IMG/VR virus record: IMGVR_UViG_3300020336_000010
Span: 1-51,607 of that record
Reading direction: 5' to 3' (one strand)
Source: a virus
Lineage: Duplodnaviria; Caudoviricetes
Length of the DNA: 51,607 bases
In this document: positions 17,201-26,915 of the stretch, piece after piece
Layout of the letters: each line of letters begins with the position of its first letter
How positions within the stretch are numbered: position 1 is the first letter of the stretch
Position numbers and translations under genes: made by a program
Notes under the pieces: generated by a model
Seen by the model: the letters and a program-made list of their open reading frames with translations, nothing else
Databases searched by the model: none
What the model was told of the DNA's origin: nothing

Positions 17201-20200
17201 ACCTTTAAGATAATCTAAAACATCATCTAAATATTTTTTTTGTATAATATCAAACTGACCCCATTTTTTATGTTGTTCTTCAAATTTCTTTGCTAAGCGA
17301 TATGTTATTTGTTCTAAATTTGTATACAACTTATCAATTGTTCTAGATTTTGATTTAATAAAGTTTTGTGATTTTGTACTTAATGCAAACGCGTCTTTAG
17401 TTAATTTACCTATGTCTCTGAACATAGCTAGTTTGTTATCAATACGTGCAAGGTTAGCGTGTAATGGATCAGCGCTGTTAACAGAAAACTTACGCCATTC
17501 TTGAAACGCTGGTAAACCACCACCCTCACCACCAAATACTTTTGGCAATCCTCTAGCAAACGTAGTTCCTGCGTTAATGCCTGAATAAATAGAATCTCTA
17601 AAGAACATAGCGTCTTGACTTGCTAACGCTGCTCTAGCAAAAACATTTTTACCAACAAACGCAGCTGTAGCTTGTATAGCACTAGCAGTTTTTTCTCCTG
17701 TTTTACTAATTGCTTTACCAACAGCAGGTATCATAGTTTGTGTATAAGGAATTTTACCAGCTAATACATCAGCAGCAATACGTAAAGGTACGCCTGCTAA
17801 TTGTAACGTGCCACCAACAACAGAACGATCAATTCCAGGTATAGTTTTAAATGGAAGTTTAGCTGTGCCTTTGATTACTCCATATAAAGGCGGACCAACT
17901 AATGGAAATGCAGCCCCGATTAGCGCTCCGTCAGCCGCGAACCTTAGTCTATTTCTAAAGTTAGCCGCAACTAAATCACCACCGGTTAAATCATCTGTTC
18001 GTTCTGGTTTACCAGGAAGTAGTGTTGAGTCATCAGGGAACATTCTTTTTAAACTATTATTAGGACCACCAGCTATAAAATCTGTTGCTCCAAACACCAC
18101 GGCTCCGGTACCAACACGACTAGCCAAATTAGTAAATTGAATAGCACGTTTAGCACTACCAGTAAGATCTGGGTCTAAGTAACGTGTCATAGTATTAACA
18201 CCGTTTAGACGCATAGCTTTTTGTGCACGAGTAAGTAGTTTACTGACTACTCCACCAGGTACACCAAACTCTACTAACAACGATGTCATATCACCAATAA
18301 ACGTTTCTGGTTCGTTAATACCTTTTTCATCATACAATTTTTGTAACTTTTCTGTTAAAGCAAAATTGTTTCCAGTGCCTAAATCAACACCACCCAAAAT
18401 TAAATCCATAACACTAAAACCAATGTTAGTGACACCTGTCTCTAACGCACGATTAAACTCATCTATACCGTCTATGTATTTTGCTTCGTCTGCGGTTGAT
18501 GGTGTTGGTCCAAGATTGATATAGTCAAAAACGTTAGGTGCTATTACTTGAGCGTTTTCTGGTCCTTCTTTGCCCATTAAATCACTTAAAAAACTTTTAA
18601 AAACCACCGTTGGATACATTTGATTTTTTATGGCACTTTTAAGAAGAACATTATCTGTAAGTAATTTTGGAATAGACTTGATTGGAAACTTAACTGGTCG
18701 GGGATCACGCAATGTTTCTGCTAAACTTTTTTGTACTTCTTGAGCATCTAAAATTTTTTGTTTAAAGTCAGCTCTAACGCTGTTAGGCATTTGTCTTATC
18801 TCTTCTAAGAACTCTGTTTCTCTATCATCAAATAAAGTCATTGCAACAGCGTTTTGCATAGACTTAGGTGCGTTAAGAATCCTATCCATGTCTTCTCGTT
18901 CTCTTAATTTTTTATCCATACTAAGATTTAAATTAGTTAGATACTGACCATAGATACTATCACCAGTTATATTGTCGCCTACTAAAGCCCCGTCCCGCGT
19001 TCCGGTAGCAAAACCTTTTCTAATATCTAAATTTCTTAAATTAGCACCAGGAGAGTATTGTTTAATTATATTTTCTGTTTGCATTACATAAGGTATTTGA
19101 CCTACTTCAGTCGCAAGTTGATTATAAGGTGCGCCAACAAATTTATTGTTGTAACCAAATTTAGCTGGTTCATCTATGTACAAAGTTACACCCAGCTTTT
19201 TAGCTTGATCAACTATTTCTCTAACATTATTAATATCTTTTTGATCTATACTTTCTTGTTTTAAAAGCTTAGCAACATACTTATCAAAAGGTTTTTTAAA
19301 ATCATTGTTTAGTGTTTTAGGTAATGTTTGTAAATTACGTAGAGCGTTAACTCCTGCTGTATTAGCTGACTCTACAGGCATTATGTGATCTGTTTCGTAA
19401 AAAGTTTGTGTGTAACTTTTTTCATTAAACTCAGTATTTTTTAATCTAGTTTTAGTAACATTAGGATTGCTTTTTGCTAATTTTCCACTGTTTAAAACTC
19501 TATAAGACAAATTATCTATTATGTTTTCATTCTCTAATATAGACTTTTGTAAATTTTTATTGTTTTTTATTGCAACGCTTGTATCTGTTTTCCAAACAAA
19601 ATTAACTTGATCAAAAATACTTTGTTCTTTCTCACTTAATTTTATTCCATAGTCTTTTAACCCAAGAACACGAGCTTCTTGTTTTGATCCGCTGTAATTT
19701 GCTGATCTATATCCTGCTTGTTTTGCACGATAAGCCGCATAGTCTGCTGGTGAATAACTATAAATTTTTTGATTTTGTGCAGCGTTTTGAAAATCTCTTT
19801 TAGAAAAACCTTGTTCTTCTAAATTTTTTCTAGCTTGTTTTAAATTTGGTATTTGTCTTCTAGTATTATCGTAAGCTTTAAAAGTTGCAAATTCTTCAGG
19901 TTTAAGACCCGCATAAAAATTTTCAGGCAAATCAACTCTACCTTTATCATTTATCAAAGCTTTGTAATAATCTTCATATTCTTTAACTGACAATTGATTT
20001 TGTTTAAAATATTCTTTTTGCACTGCTTGTTTAAATTTGTTTGACTGCGAATCAAATAATTGTGTTGATTCACCTTTTTTACTACCATGCACCATTTTAC
20101 CTTCTAATTGTTTAGCTATGTCTGTTAGGTTCTGTGAATAACTTTTACTTCCATCAACTAAAGGGGTTGCAAGTTTTTGTGTAGATTGTAGATAAGACAT

Positions 20201-21703
20201 ATCTCTTACCTTGCTTGCATCTTTGTCCCTAAAAGCATATTTTATATCTTTTTCTAATGCATAGTCTGCAGATTTTTTTCCAAACATATCTTCTAATTCT
20301 TTACCCGCTTTCTTTGCTTTAATAGGAAACGTTAAATCTTTAACAGCTGCTTCAATTGCATCCTTGTCAACAAGACCTGTTTCTTTTGTTACTTTTGAAA
20401 TAGCTGCATCTATGTTTGGTACGTCGTCAAACTTACCTGACTTAGACATGTTGGCTACGTTAGGATCAGTTATATTCATTTTACCTGTCTCAGGATCGAA
20501 TCTTAGTTTACGTACAACTGCCTCAGCGTTTCTAAGTTCTATTTCTTTTAATATTTTAGGGTTGTTTACATCAATTCCGTTCTCTAATAAATTAGCTTTT
20601 GATGCTGCAGACAACCTTGAAGTACCTGGTATAAAAGCCAAAGGTATTTTTTCTCCGGTCTTACGTAGTAAATAAGCGCCTGCTTGAATACCTTTTTTAA
20701 TACCACTTGCGCCAAACAAACCTATTCCAGGAATAAACTCTATACCTAGTTGTAATAACTGACCCCCAGCATAAACACCACTATTGTCTGCTTCAGCGTC
20801 TCTAAGCATAGCATAATGATCTTCAAACATATCGTCTATTAAAGTTACTTTTCCCGTTCCGTTTGTGAGTCTTTTAAGGGCTCGTGGCAACGCACGATTT
20901 CTTTCTTGGCCTTCTGGTAAAGCCAAAGCCTCTAGATAAGCTTCGTATTCTTTTGGTTTATATTGTTTTATTACATCTGCATTTTCTTCATTAAGTTCTA
21001 CAACAATTTTACCAACGCCGTCAGTTGCATCAAAATAACTGTTTTTTGCTATTTCATTAGTAGGATAATAATCACCGCTTGAACCTGTAACATCTCCACC
21101 AATAACAGCGCTGCCTAAATCACCTAATTTAGTTTTTGAATCTTCTGCTTTTTCTGTACCAACAATATCTTTTGCTTTTTCGTTACGTCTTAGTCGTTCA
21201 ATGGCACCTTTCATATTACTTGTTAAACTGTAGTTTCCAGGATTTGCTCGCATGTCTTTAAGTATTTTTCCAAAGTAATCGTCAGCGTAGTGTTTTCCTG
21301 TCGGAGGTTTAATAACACCATCAGGTCCTTGAAGCATTCCATACCTAATTAATGTTTCATAGTCAGGTCTAGTCTTAAAAATACTAAGAGCGCCTTCTGG
21401 AGAGATTAAACGATTTAATACTTCTTGATCAGTTAGTCCGTCAAACCGAGCAGCTAAACCCGTAAAAGAATCTGTTATTGGAGTTTCTGAACCAAAAAAT
21501 TTTGCAATTTGTCCGGGAAAACTAATGTTAAAAAAATTACCACTGTCATCAATTAATCCTTCGTCCATTAATTTTTGGGTGTTTGTAGTATATGTTCCGT
21601 ATTCTAATCCAGAAGAATTATTGATACGGTTTTTTTTAGCAGCAATATACTCAGGATCACTTTGCCACGGACCTGGTCTTTCTATAGGAAATTTAAGCGC
21701 CAT
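14258..21703 (-). CDS. Giant (2481 aa) internal virion/ejection protein with an embedded HNH-like motif
   Basis: Last of the ejection-protein cluster; helical; TQMRNF, PTYSRVP, GNFISFPAE segments; DHIMP...NLQTL...N near aa 773. Confidence 0.75.
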   Translation of the reverse strand: MALKFPIERPGPWQSDPEYIAAKKNRINNSSGLEYGTYTTNTQKLMDEGLIDDSGNFFNISFPGQIAKFFGSETPITDSFTGLAARFDGLTDQEVLNRLISPEGALSIFKTRPDYETLIRYGMLQGPDGVIKPPTGKHYADDYFGKILKDMRANPGNYSLTSNMKGAIERLRRNEKAKDIVGTEKAEDSKTKLGDLGSAVIGGDVTGSSGDYYPTNEIAKNSYFDATDGVGKIVVELNEENADVIKQYKPKEYEAYLEALALPEGQERNRALPRALKRLTNGTGKVTLIDDMFEDHYAMLRDAEADNSGVYAGGQLLQLGIEFIPGIGLFGASGIKKGIQAGAYLLRKTGEKIPLAFIPGTSRLSAASKANLLENGIDVNNPKILKEIELRNAEAVVRKLRFDPETGKMNITDPNVANMSKSGKFDDVPNIDAAISKVTKETGLVDKDAIEAAVKDLTFPIKAKKAGKELEDMFGKKSADYALEKDIKYAFRDKDASKVRDMSYLQSTQKLATPLVDGSKSYSQNLTDIAKQLEGKMVHGSKKGESTQLFDSQSNKFKQAVQKEYFKQNQLSVKEYEDYYKALINDKGRVDLPENFYAGLKPEEFATFKAYDNTRRQIPNLKQARKNLEEQGFSKRDFQNAAQNQKIYSYSPADYAAYRAKQAGYRSANYSGSKQEARVLGLKDYGIKLSEKEQSIFDQVNFVWKTDTSVAIKNNKNLQKSILENENIIDNLSYRVLNSGKLAKSNPNVTKTRLKNTEFNEKSYTQTFYETDHIMPVESANTAGVNALRNLQTLPKTLNNDFKKPFDKYVAKLLKQESIDQKDINNVREIVDQAKKLGVTLYIDEPAKFGYNNKFVGAPYNQLATEVGQIPYVMQTENIIKQYSPGANLRNLDIRKGFATGTRDGALVGDNITGDSIYGQYLTNLNLSMDKKLREREDMDRILNAPKSMQNAVAMTLFDDRETEFLEEIRQMPNSVRADFKQKILDAQEVQKSLAETLRDPRPVKFPIKSIPKLLTDNVLLKSAIKNQMYPTVVFKSFLSDLMGKEGPENAQVIAPNVFDYINLGPTPSTADEAKYIDGIDEFNRALETGVTNIGFSVMDLILGGVDLGTGNNFALTEKLQKLYDEKGINEPETFIGDMTSLLVEFGVPGGVVSKLLTRAQKAMRLNGVNTMTRYLDPDLTGSAKRAIQFTNLASRVGTGAVVFGATDFIAGGPNNSLKRMFPDDSTLLPGKPERTDDLTGGDLVAANFRNRLRFAADGALIGAAFPLVGPPLYGVIKGTAKLPFKTIPGIDRSVVGGTLQLAGVPLRIAADVLAGKIPYTQTMIPAVGKAISKTGEKTASAIQATAAFVGKNVFARAALASQDAMFFRDSIYSGINAGTTFARGLPKVFGGEGGGLPAFQEWRKFSVNSADPLHANLARIDNKLAMFRDIGKLTKDAFALSTKSQNFIKSKSRTIDKLYTNLEQITYRLAKKFEEQHKKWGQFDIIQKKYLDDVLDYLKGNKKIENIDPPLRDAALELKEYYRKLMTEFKDLLPDGDKLKNLLTQDIDSQMKRSFAAFTNSNFRPGAENVKAARDYVANFIKQDTSLQAEAKVAFPNAKNLDEAINSLAELKVADLMHVARYEMEDPIRAFRKITSKLEASGAKGLVDPLEIFTGQELPAVIRKLMGEEKNLKNSLMQTTGNVIASTQQKQALDRIAKLGLENGWLFNSAEDALTKGKIFNSVPVGDIKGAGFLPSDVLGLHGTPEIIKQLSGYSVFDSMLKYKFYQNLLAFKAVVQGGKTLYSPATQMRNFGSAGLFAMNVGHIGGKTSVTQNFKIMLDDIFGSGPNVNQSDLIKFIERKIELGVLDENVVAQELGGVLRDLKGVIGKDGKPVISSFNNFTQRIGDAKLSQTVQRLYAGGDNVWKAYGHEFYMSELKQFTKTLDDVSNFFRTQVGREWEPMKNGVKKTLAEGIEEMAAHLLRETYPTYSRVPPAIQALRKLPMGNFISFPAEMIRTSLATTSSAMKMIGSGNPGLQAMGYRALMGQFTTLYGFNHGAQKLASKMTGVGEDKLRAYQDDLGPSFIDDHILIPITKQNEDGTFKVFDASTYNPYNYLVGPVEQFIRELGSTRLDPARVDSELDRRFFDAGGSFMKLLDPFISETIALEPIMDIFARNGVSRDGRKIFSPLDSPSDKREKAIYHVFETIAPGFIRSGTQLYGALTLDTKSGRVMELGDVLIRLMGGSIMNVDPVTALDYKAIDIRQIRGAAFQTEAFFSKENALSRGPILDEKGRQVGHVMANELRDIQEEAFVAQFGIWKMFHKSLASGLLTEEQIKSVLGKKGRNVPNLKKLMDGEFTPVSFSKDGLKKRANDLVEEYEARGIDVNYEDLYPYYDLLEVIDEFKYRRFEDFLDPARPPLDEIPLDLDFISQTPTPPTPDIPVAPLDTSDFADTQIAAAPKQTVVGANNQQVNNQTGLTRNEEALLSPSDRFYRRSQRGKI

Positions 21704-22987
21704 TTAAGCCACCGTTGGTAGTTCTAAATCTGTATTATACTTTTGATTAAATCTTGTTATGTCTTGTGATGTTTGTAGTTGTGCAAAATCAATCATAGCT
21801 TCTTCACTGCTTAAGATTAATTGTATCACACTATCTGATACTTCGTTAGGTAAACGTTTCCTTAACTCTTCAAAAGTTAAAGACATTGGTTGATCTGCTG
21901 ATGCAGTCATGATTGGTGGTGATCCTGGATCAGGATCAGGTCCACTGCCTGGTTCAAATCCTGGTGTTGGTAAAGCATCCGGCATGTCTCCACCCATGCT
22001 ACGACCAACTCTACCACCAACAGCAGATTCTTCTCTACCTGCATAAGGCGGTACATACAGATCAATTAACCCAGCTGATTCAAATGTTTCAGTAGTTAAT
22101 AGTTTTCTAATGTCTACCGCTGACATACCAATGTACCTGTTTGGATAACCTTCTTCACCTGGTTCAAGTTTAGAAGCTCTAATTGCATTCTTAATAGACG
22201 TTTTTAAAGGATCTGTGAAATCAGCGTCTCCCTTTAAATTAGCTTTTTCTGATGTAATTAATCTAGTCCACTCACCATATACTATATTTTTTAATATATC
22301 TCTTTTCTGTAAGTAGTCTTCTTTTGAAAGATTAGGGTCTTTCATTTCTTCAATTAATTCTTTAGCTCTTTCTTCTTTAATAACTACTTCTTTTTTGTAT
22401 TTGTCAGGGAACAGCTCTAATTCTTTTTGTAAAATGCTAACAGCAGCTTTTGTTTCTTCTTCTATTTTGTCTAATTGGAAAGTTCTGTCTTTAGCACTTT
22501 CACCTTCTTTGAAATCAAATTCATCTTGTTGTAAATCTCTTTGGAATTTATTTGCATCTTCTGTTACACGTTGCTCAATAGCTGTACCTGCTCTTAATCT
22601 ATTGTAGTCAGCTAATTCTTTTCTATAGGCTGCATCACGAACATCTCTAGACGCTGCAAGATCAGTACCTAAATTAGCCAGTGGTGTAGCAGCGTTTGCT
22701 AACGCACCCATAACTCCGCCTCTGTCACTAACAACTGGAGCTCCCATTATTTGTGCACCTGCAGCAGCAAGACGTAAGTAATCCGAAGTTGTCATACCTT
22801 GTGGTTTTACAGGCTCTTGCATGTATTGATCTAACATATCAACATAACTACCTCGACTAAAACCCTGTCTCTGTACAGCGCCACCTATTTTATAACTAGG
22901 TTTAGCAAAACCAGATATGATACCGCTATCTAAAGCACCGGCACGGCCACCCATATTAAACATTGGTCTTTTTAATATTTTATTCAT
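21704..22987 (-). CDS. Internal virion/ejection protein with multiple GG motifs
   Basis: Position in cluster; FNMGG, YKIGG, SAVGGRVGRSMGG. Confidence 0.65.
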   Translation of the reverse strand: MNKILKRPMFNMGGRAGALDSGIISGFAKPSYKIGGAVQRQGFSRGSYVDMLDQYMQEPVKPQGMTTSDYLRLAAAGAQIMGAPVVSDRGGVMGALANAATPLANLGTDLAASRDVRDAAYRKELADYNRLRAGTAIEQRVTEDANKFQRDLQQDEFDFKEGESAKDRTFQLDKIEEETKAAVSILQKELELFPDKYKKEVVIKEERAKELIEEMKDPNLSKEDYLQKRDILKNIVYGEWTRLITSEKANLKGDADFTDPLKTSIKNAIRASKLEPGEEGYPNRYIGMSAVDIRKLLTTETFESAGLIDLYVPPYAGREESAVGGRVGRSMGGDMPDALPTPGFEPGSGPDPDPGSPPIMTASADQPMSLTFEELRKRLPNEVSDSVIQLILSSEEAMIDFAQLQTSQDITRFNQKYNTDLELPTVA

Positions 22988-24472
22988 TTAACTCTCAGTT
23001 TTGTTTCCTCTTAATGCACCGATAATACCACCAATCCCGAGCCCCGCTCCAAGAAGCGTTTGCATTGTAGATGGATTCGGTGTTGTAGAATAAGTAGTTG
23101 ACGATGGAGCTCCATATGCAGCGCCTAACATCTGACTCATAAAGCCTAAGTTTTGTTGGTTAGCAAACTCACCAGCTTGTTTAGCAGCTTTTTCAGCATC
23201 AAGTTTAGCTTGTGCATTAGCTTGATTTTGTTGACCCATTTGTGTGAGTGTATTAATTTGATTACCAATGCCTTGCAATTTATAATTACCAAGATCCATT
23301 TGTTGTTGGCCAAGTCCTGCAAAAATACCCATTTGGTTTTGTACTTGTTGTTGCGCTGCATTAGCCATACCTAATTGATTAGCACCTTGTAAACCATATT
23401 GTTGCGCTGCATTGCCATACAACGCTGCGTTTTGTGCTGCCATTGCTTGTTGTGCGTTACCAGCGTTAATTTGATTTTGTGCTTGTTGTTGGTATTGACT
23501 TCCAAGTTGTCCAAGATTTTGTCCAGCCGCACCAAAACCTTGCGCTGCTTGATTGTATGCAGCTTGGTTAGCAGCAGCTTGACTCATGTTAGCTTGACCT
23601 AATCCCATTTGTTGTTGGTATGCTTGGTTAGCTAATTGGTTAGCTTGTGTAAAGCCTTGAGCCAATAAGTTACCTTGTAGTTGTGCACCACCAATAGCAG
23701 CGTCTGCCGCTCTTTGGCCTTCTGCAACCCCGAACCGCGATCCACCAAACGCGTTACCTGCAGAAGCACCTAACTGAGCGCTTTGCTCTGCTTGTTGTTG
23801 ATTGTAAGCAGCCATAGTCGCATCAATAACTTGTTGTTGATACGGTGACATAAATTGTTGATATGCATTTGCACCACTGTATTGATTGGCTTGGTTAAAG
23901 AAAGGTTGACCAGCGTTCTGACCTGCAGCTGCTGCAGCCGCAGCTAGATCATATTGACCGGTTGCCTTGTTGTATTGTGTACGAGCGTCGCCGAATTGTG
24001 TATTAGCATTTGCTAAAGCAGCGTCCGCTAAACCATATTGACTTGCGCCAGCGTTCTGACCTGCAGCCGCTGCCGCAGCTTGTAAGTCAGCTTGTGTCAT
24101 TGCTTTGTCATAGCCACTAGCTGCAGACGTCATAAATGGTTTGTAATTATTTTTATTTGCTTTAAAGAATTTTTCGCCGTCAGTTGCAAAGTCCTCAGCG
24201 TTTTCTAAATAATCTGCATAAGAACCTAGACCTGTTTTTTTATCAGTTGCAATGCCTTGAGCGTCCTTCTGTAATTGATCCATGCCTGCTGTGTAATAAT
24301 TATTACCAGCAGTTCCCATGTAATCAGCAGGATCGGCATAGAAACCAGCATTTTCTAAATCAAATAAGAGATTACCGTCCTTATCCGTTGCGCCGGTTAT
24401 GGCAGCCGTAAAGTCTTCACCAAAACTTTCGACATAACCCGGAGGTAGTGTTCTAGTTACTTGTGTAGTCAT
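22988..24472 (-). CDS. Ala/Gln-rich DNA pilot/ejection protein
   Basis: FMSPYQQQVID, AFGGSR, C-terminal Gly-rich hydrophobic helix LLGAGLGIGGIIGAL; AAAAAGQNAG repeat. Confidence 0.7.
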   Translation of the reverse strand: MTTQVTRTLPPGYVESFGEDFTAAITGATDKDGNLLFDLENAGFYADPADYMGTAGNNYYTAGMDQLQKDAQGIATDKKTGLGSYADYLENAEDFATDGEKFFKANKNNYKPFMTSAASGYDKAMTQADLQAAAAAAGQNAGASQYGLADAALANANTQFGDARTQYNKATGQYDLAAAAAAAGQNAGQPFFNQANQYSGANAYQQFMSPYQQQVIDATMAAYNQQQAEQSAQLGASAGNAFGGSRFGVAEGQRAADAAIGGAQLQGNLLAQGFTQANQLANQAYQQQMGLGQANMSQAAANQAAYNQAAQGFGAAGQNLGQLGSQYQQQAQNQINAGNAQQAMAAQNAALYGNAAQQYGLQGANQLGMANAAQQQVQNQMGIFAGLGQQQMDLGNYKLQGIGNQINTLTQMGQQNQANAQAKLDAEKAAKQAGEFANQQNLGFMSQMLGAAYGAPSSTTYSTTPNPSTMQTLLGAGLGIGGIIGALRGNKTES

Positions 24473-26107
24473 TTAAGCCATTGCCTCCATTTGTTCCATC
24501 ATTTGGTACATTTGTTTTGCAGCGTTTCTAGGATCACCTGAACCGCCATTCATTTTATCTAAGCCACGCATAGCGTCAGCTGTCAATACAAATTCGTTTT
24601 TAGATAACATTGCAGGAACGTCATCAGCTCTTTCTGGACCGCCCATAGGTATAAAGCCTCCTGAATTTCTATAATCTAGTTCCATGCCTTGAGGCACACC
24701 TGGAGCTACTTCCATAATACCACCCATGTTTTTATGTATGCGACCACCGTCTTTTTTGCCATATATTTCTTCATATATTTTTACCATTTCTGGATCTTTG
24801 TATCTTAAATATCTAGGATCATTATATCTACGGCCACCATATCTTTCATAACTATCAAAGAACTCTCTATATACTGCGTCGCGTTCTTGTTTGTTTTTAA
24901 ATTCAGTTTCCCTTATTGCTTTTTCAGCAGCTTGCATAGTACCTGGTACAGCTAATACAGTAATTGTTTGTATTTGATCTAAAAGGTCTAAATTTTTAAA
25001 ATTAGCTAAAAACTTAGCATCGCCCATACCTAGTGTTTGTTGTAAATCATCTAAACCTGGAGCAAGATAATCTGTAGCACCTTCTGTAAGTGTTTGTAGT
25101 GCTGTTCTATTGCCTTCAAGAGCGTCAAAAGCAGGACTTGTTTTAAAATATTTATCTACGTCTTCTGGCTTCATATTTCTTAAAACGCTTTCTCTATTAG
25201 CGTAACTGTCTGTAGCGATACCTTGATTTTTAAAATATTTTTCGCCGTCTGCTGTAAGGTCTAAACTAGGTTTTGCTGCTATAGCATCAACCCCTTCTCT
25301 TAATTGTTTTTCCATAGCATAATCTTTTAGCGTTGGATCAAAATTAGGGTTGTCAACATCTAATATAGATCTAATTGCATCTTCTCTAAGCATGTTTGGT
25401 CCACCTATACCAGAAGCCATTCGTGCGTCTGCAAGTTGTTCTAAGGCTGCCGCTGGACTTTCCATATAAGCAGCACCTACGTCCAGACCCGCAGGTAAAC
25501 CATTTTTTTGGATATCAGCAATAACATTATCTGGTAAAGTGTTTCCAGCAAATATGTTGTTACCAAATGCACTGGTTCCTTTAGACATAGATTGTGTTGG
25601 TTGAAATGCACGAGAAAAAAGATTACCCTTACTTTTAGCAGTTCCACCTAAACTATTTGTTCCTGTAAAAATATTATCCTGACCAAACATCTTTTCGCCA
25701 CTAAAGAAATCGCCAGTTGCTCCAGATAATCGTTGCCCTAAAGTACCGCCTTGGCCTTCTGCAAAAGCACCTAAACTTGGATCATAATTTGCTCTAATTT
25801 CTCTAGCCGTTGCAGTGCTTCCTGCACCGTGTACCGCTAAAGCTGCAAGCGGATCTAGTTGTCCATTATTCATTTTTGCAGAACCAAGTTGTGCAAAAGC
25901 ATGTGCTGCATAAGGTCCAATAATAGGAGTTAAAATAGGGGCCAAGAAACTTGCAAAAGGTGCAAGTTCTTTTGGCATCAGCTTATCAGCTGCGCTGTTC
26001 ATAAAGCTTGTTATTTCGTTTGGAACAATCTTATCCATGATTCCGCCAAGAAACTTACCTTGTCTAATCCCTTGTCTAAGTTGTTCGTGTGCGTTTACAA
26101 TACCCAT
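24473..26107 (-). CDS. Internal virion protein with C-terminal DDVPAMLSKNEFV domain
   Basis: N-terminal hydrophobic helices; GG motifs; tape-measure-like C-terminal motif. Confidence 0.7.
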   Translation of the reverse strand: MGIVNAHEQLRQGIRQGKFLGGIMDKIVPNEITSFMNSAADKLMPKELAPFASFLAPILTPIIGPYAAHAFAQLGSAKMNNGQLDPLAALAVHGAGSTATAREIRANYDPSLGAFAEGQGGTLGQRLSGATGDFFSGEKMFGQDNIFTGTNSLGGTAKSKGNLFSRAFQPTQSMSKGTSAFGNNIFAGNTLPDNVIADIQKNGLPAGLDVGAAYMESPAAALEQLADARMASGIGGPNMLREDAIRSILDVDNPNFDPTLKDYAMEKQLREGVDAIAAKPSLDLTADGEKYFKNQGIATDSYANRESVLRNMKPEDVDKYFKTSPAFDALEGNRTALQTLTEGATDYLAPGLDDLQQTLGMGDAKFLANFKNLDLLDQIQTITVLAVPGTMQAAEKAIRETEFKNKQERDAVYREFFDSYERYGGRRYNDPRYLRYKDPEMVKIYEEIYGKKDGGRIHKNMGGIMEVAPGVPQGMELDYRNSGGFIPMGGPERADDVPAMLSKNEFVLTADAMRGLDKMNGGSGDPRNAAKQMYQMMEQMEAMA

Positions 26108-26110
26108 TAA

Positions 26111-26356
26111 TTATTCTCCGGAGATTGATCCCATGGGAGGCATCTCAATTATTTTAATATGTGTGTCTATGGCTTTGTGAACGGACCATGGTTGGCCACA
26201 CTCGGAGCAGGTGCCGATTGCCTGTTCTTCTGAATCTACCTCATTTCCACAGTTTTTGCAATAGATTCTCTGGTAAACTTCTGGCTGTATTAATGGTATT
26301 TCTTTACCATCAACCGACTGCACACCCAGCGTTTTAGCGTCTTGAACTTTTTTCAC
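26111..26356 (-). CDS. Zn-ribbon protein
   Basis: CKNCG...CSECG. Confidence 0.75.
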   Translation of the reverse strand: MKKVQDAKTLGVQSVDGKEIPLIQPEVYQRIYCKNCGNEVDSEEQAIGTCSECGQPWSVHKAIDTHIKIIEMPPMGSISGE

Positions 26357-26730
26357 TGTTTAATTTCCAATACAGAAACGGTTACGTGTAAGGCATTATT
26401 CTGGTTGCTTTGTACTTTTAAGATATCGCTGTCTTCTAGAACCAGAGGTTGTCTTAAAATCTCTTCATCGTGATAACCGGATAAACCAGCGTTACCCGCA
26501 GTCATTGTAATATCTTTAATTATATTAACTGTTTGATTTGCCGAAGCATCAAACAAAGTTACACTAACAACAGACGTAGTAATAGGCGTACATAAAATAG
26601 ACTTAACTAATGTCTGTACTGGTTTCTGTGGTGGTATTGTTGAGTCATCAGCTGTTGGACAAGTATAAATAACAAAATCTTGGTTTTGTGTAGTAACGAT
26701 TGTTGTAGTGTTTTTAAATGTATCTGACAT
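26353..26730 (-). CDS. Small beta-rich tail/virion protein (start MSDTFK at 26730)
   Basis: IYTCP...PLVLEDSDILKV...VSVLEI; GGAG RBS. Confidence 0.7.
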   Translation of the reverse strand: MSDTFKNTTTIVTTQNQDFVIYTCPTADDSTIPPQKPVQTLVKSILCTPITTSVVSVTLFDASANQTVNIIKDITMTAGNAGLSGYHDEEILRQPLVLEDSDILKVQSNQNNALHVTVSVLEIKQ

Positions 26731-26915
26731 TAAATGCTCCCTGATGCTCCAGACATAAACCAAGTACGAGCAGTAAGCTCCTCTTTTAGATCTTGTTGGA
26801 ATGTAAAGTTTAATTGATTAATTATATTTTCTAGTTCTCTAATTAAAATATCCTGTTGAGAACGATCGTATTTATCAGTTGGTAAAGGTAATCTTGTTAC
26901 GTTTATTCTTGCCAT
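26730..26915 (-). CDS. Small tail-associated protein
   Basis: RLPLPT..Y...LIRELE; coupled between structural genes. Confidence 0.7.
   Translation of the reverse strand: MARINVTRLPLPTDKYDRSQQDILIRELENIINQLNFTFQQDLKEELTARTWFMSGASGSI

Noticed and set aside
14258-21703. Virion RNA polymerase (N4- or crAss-like) within the giant protein
   Set aside because: No DxDGD or T7-type polymerase motifs recognised by eye; sigma70-like promoters are present. A structure search would be needed to exclude it fully
23730-23760. AFGGSR in the pilot protein as another GG tag
   Set aside because: Lacks the upstream basic residue and spacing of the tag; looks like a family-specific motif of pilot proteins
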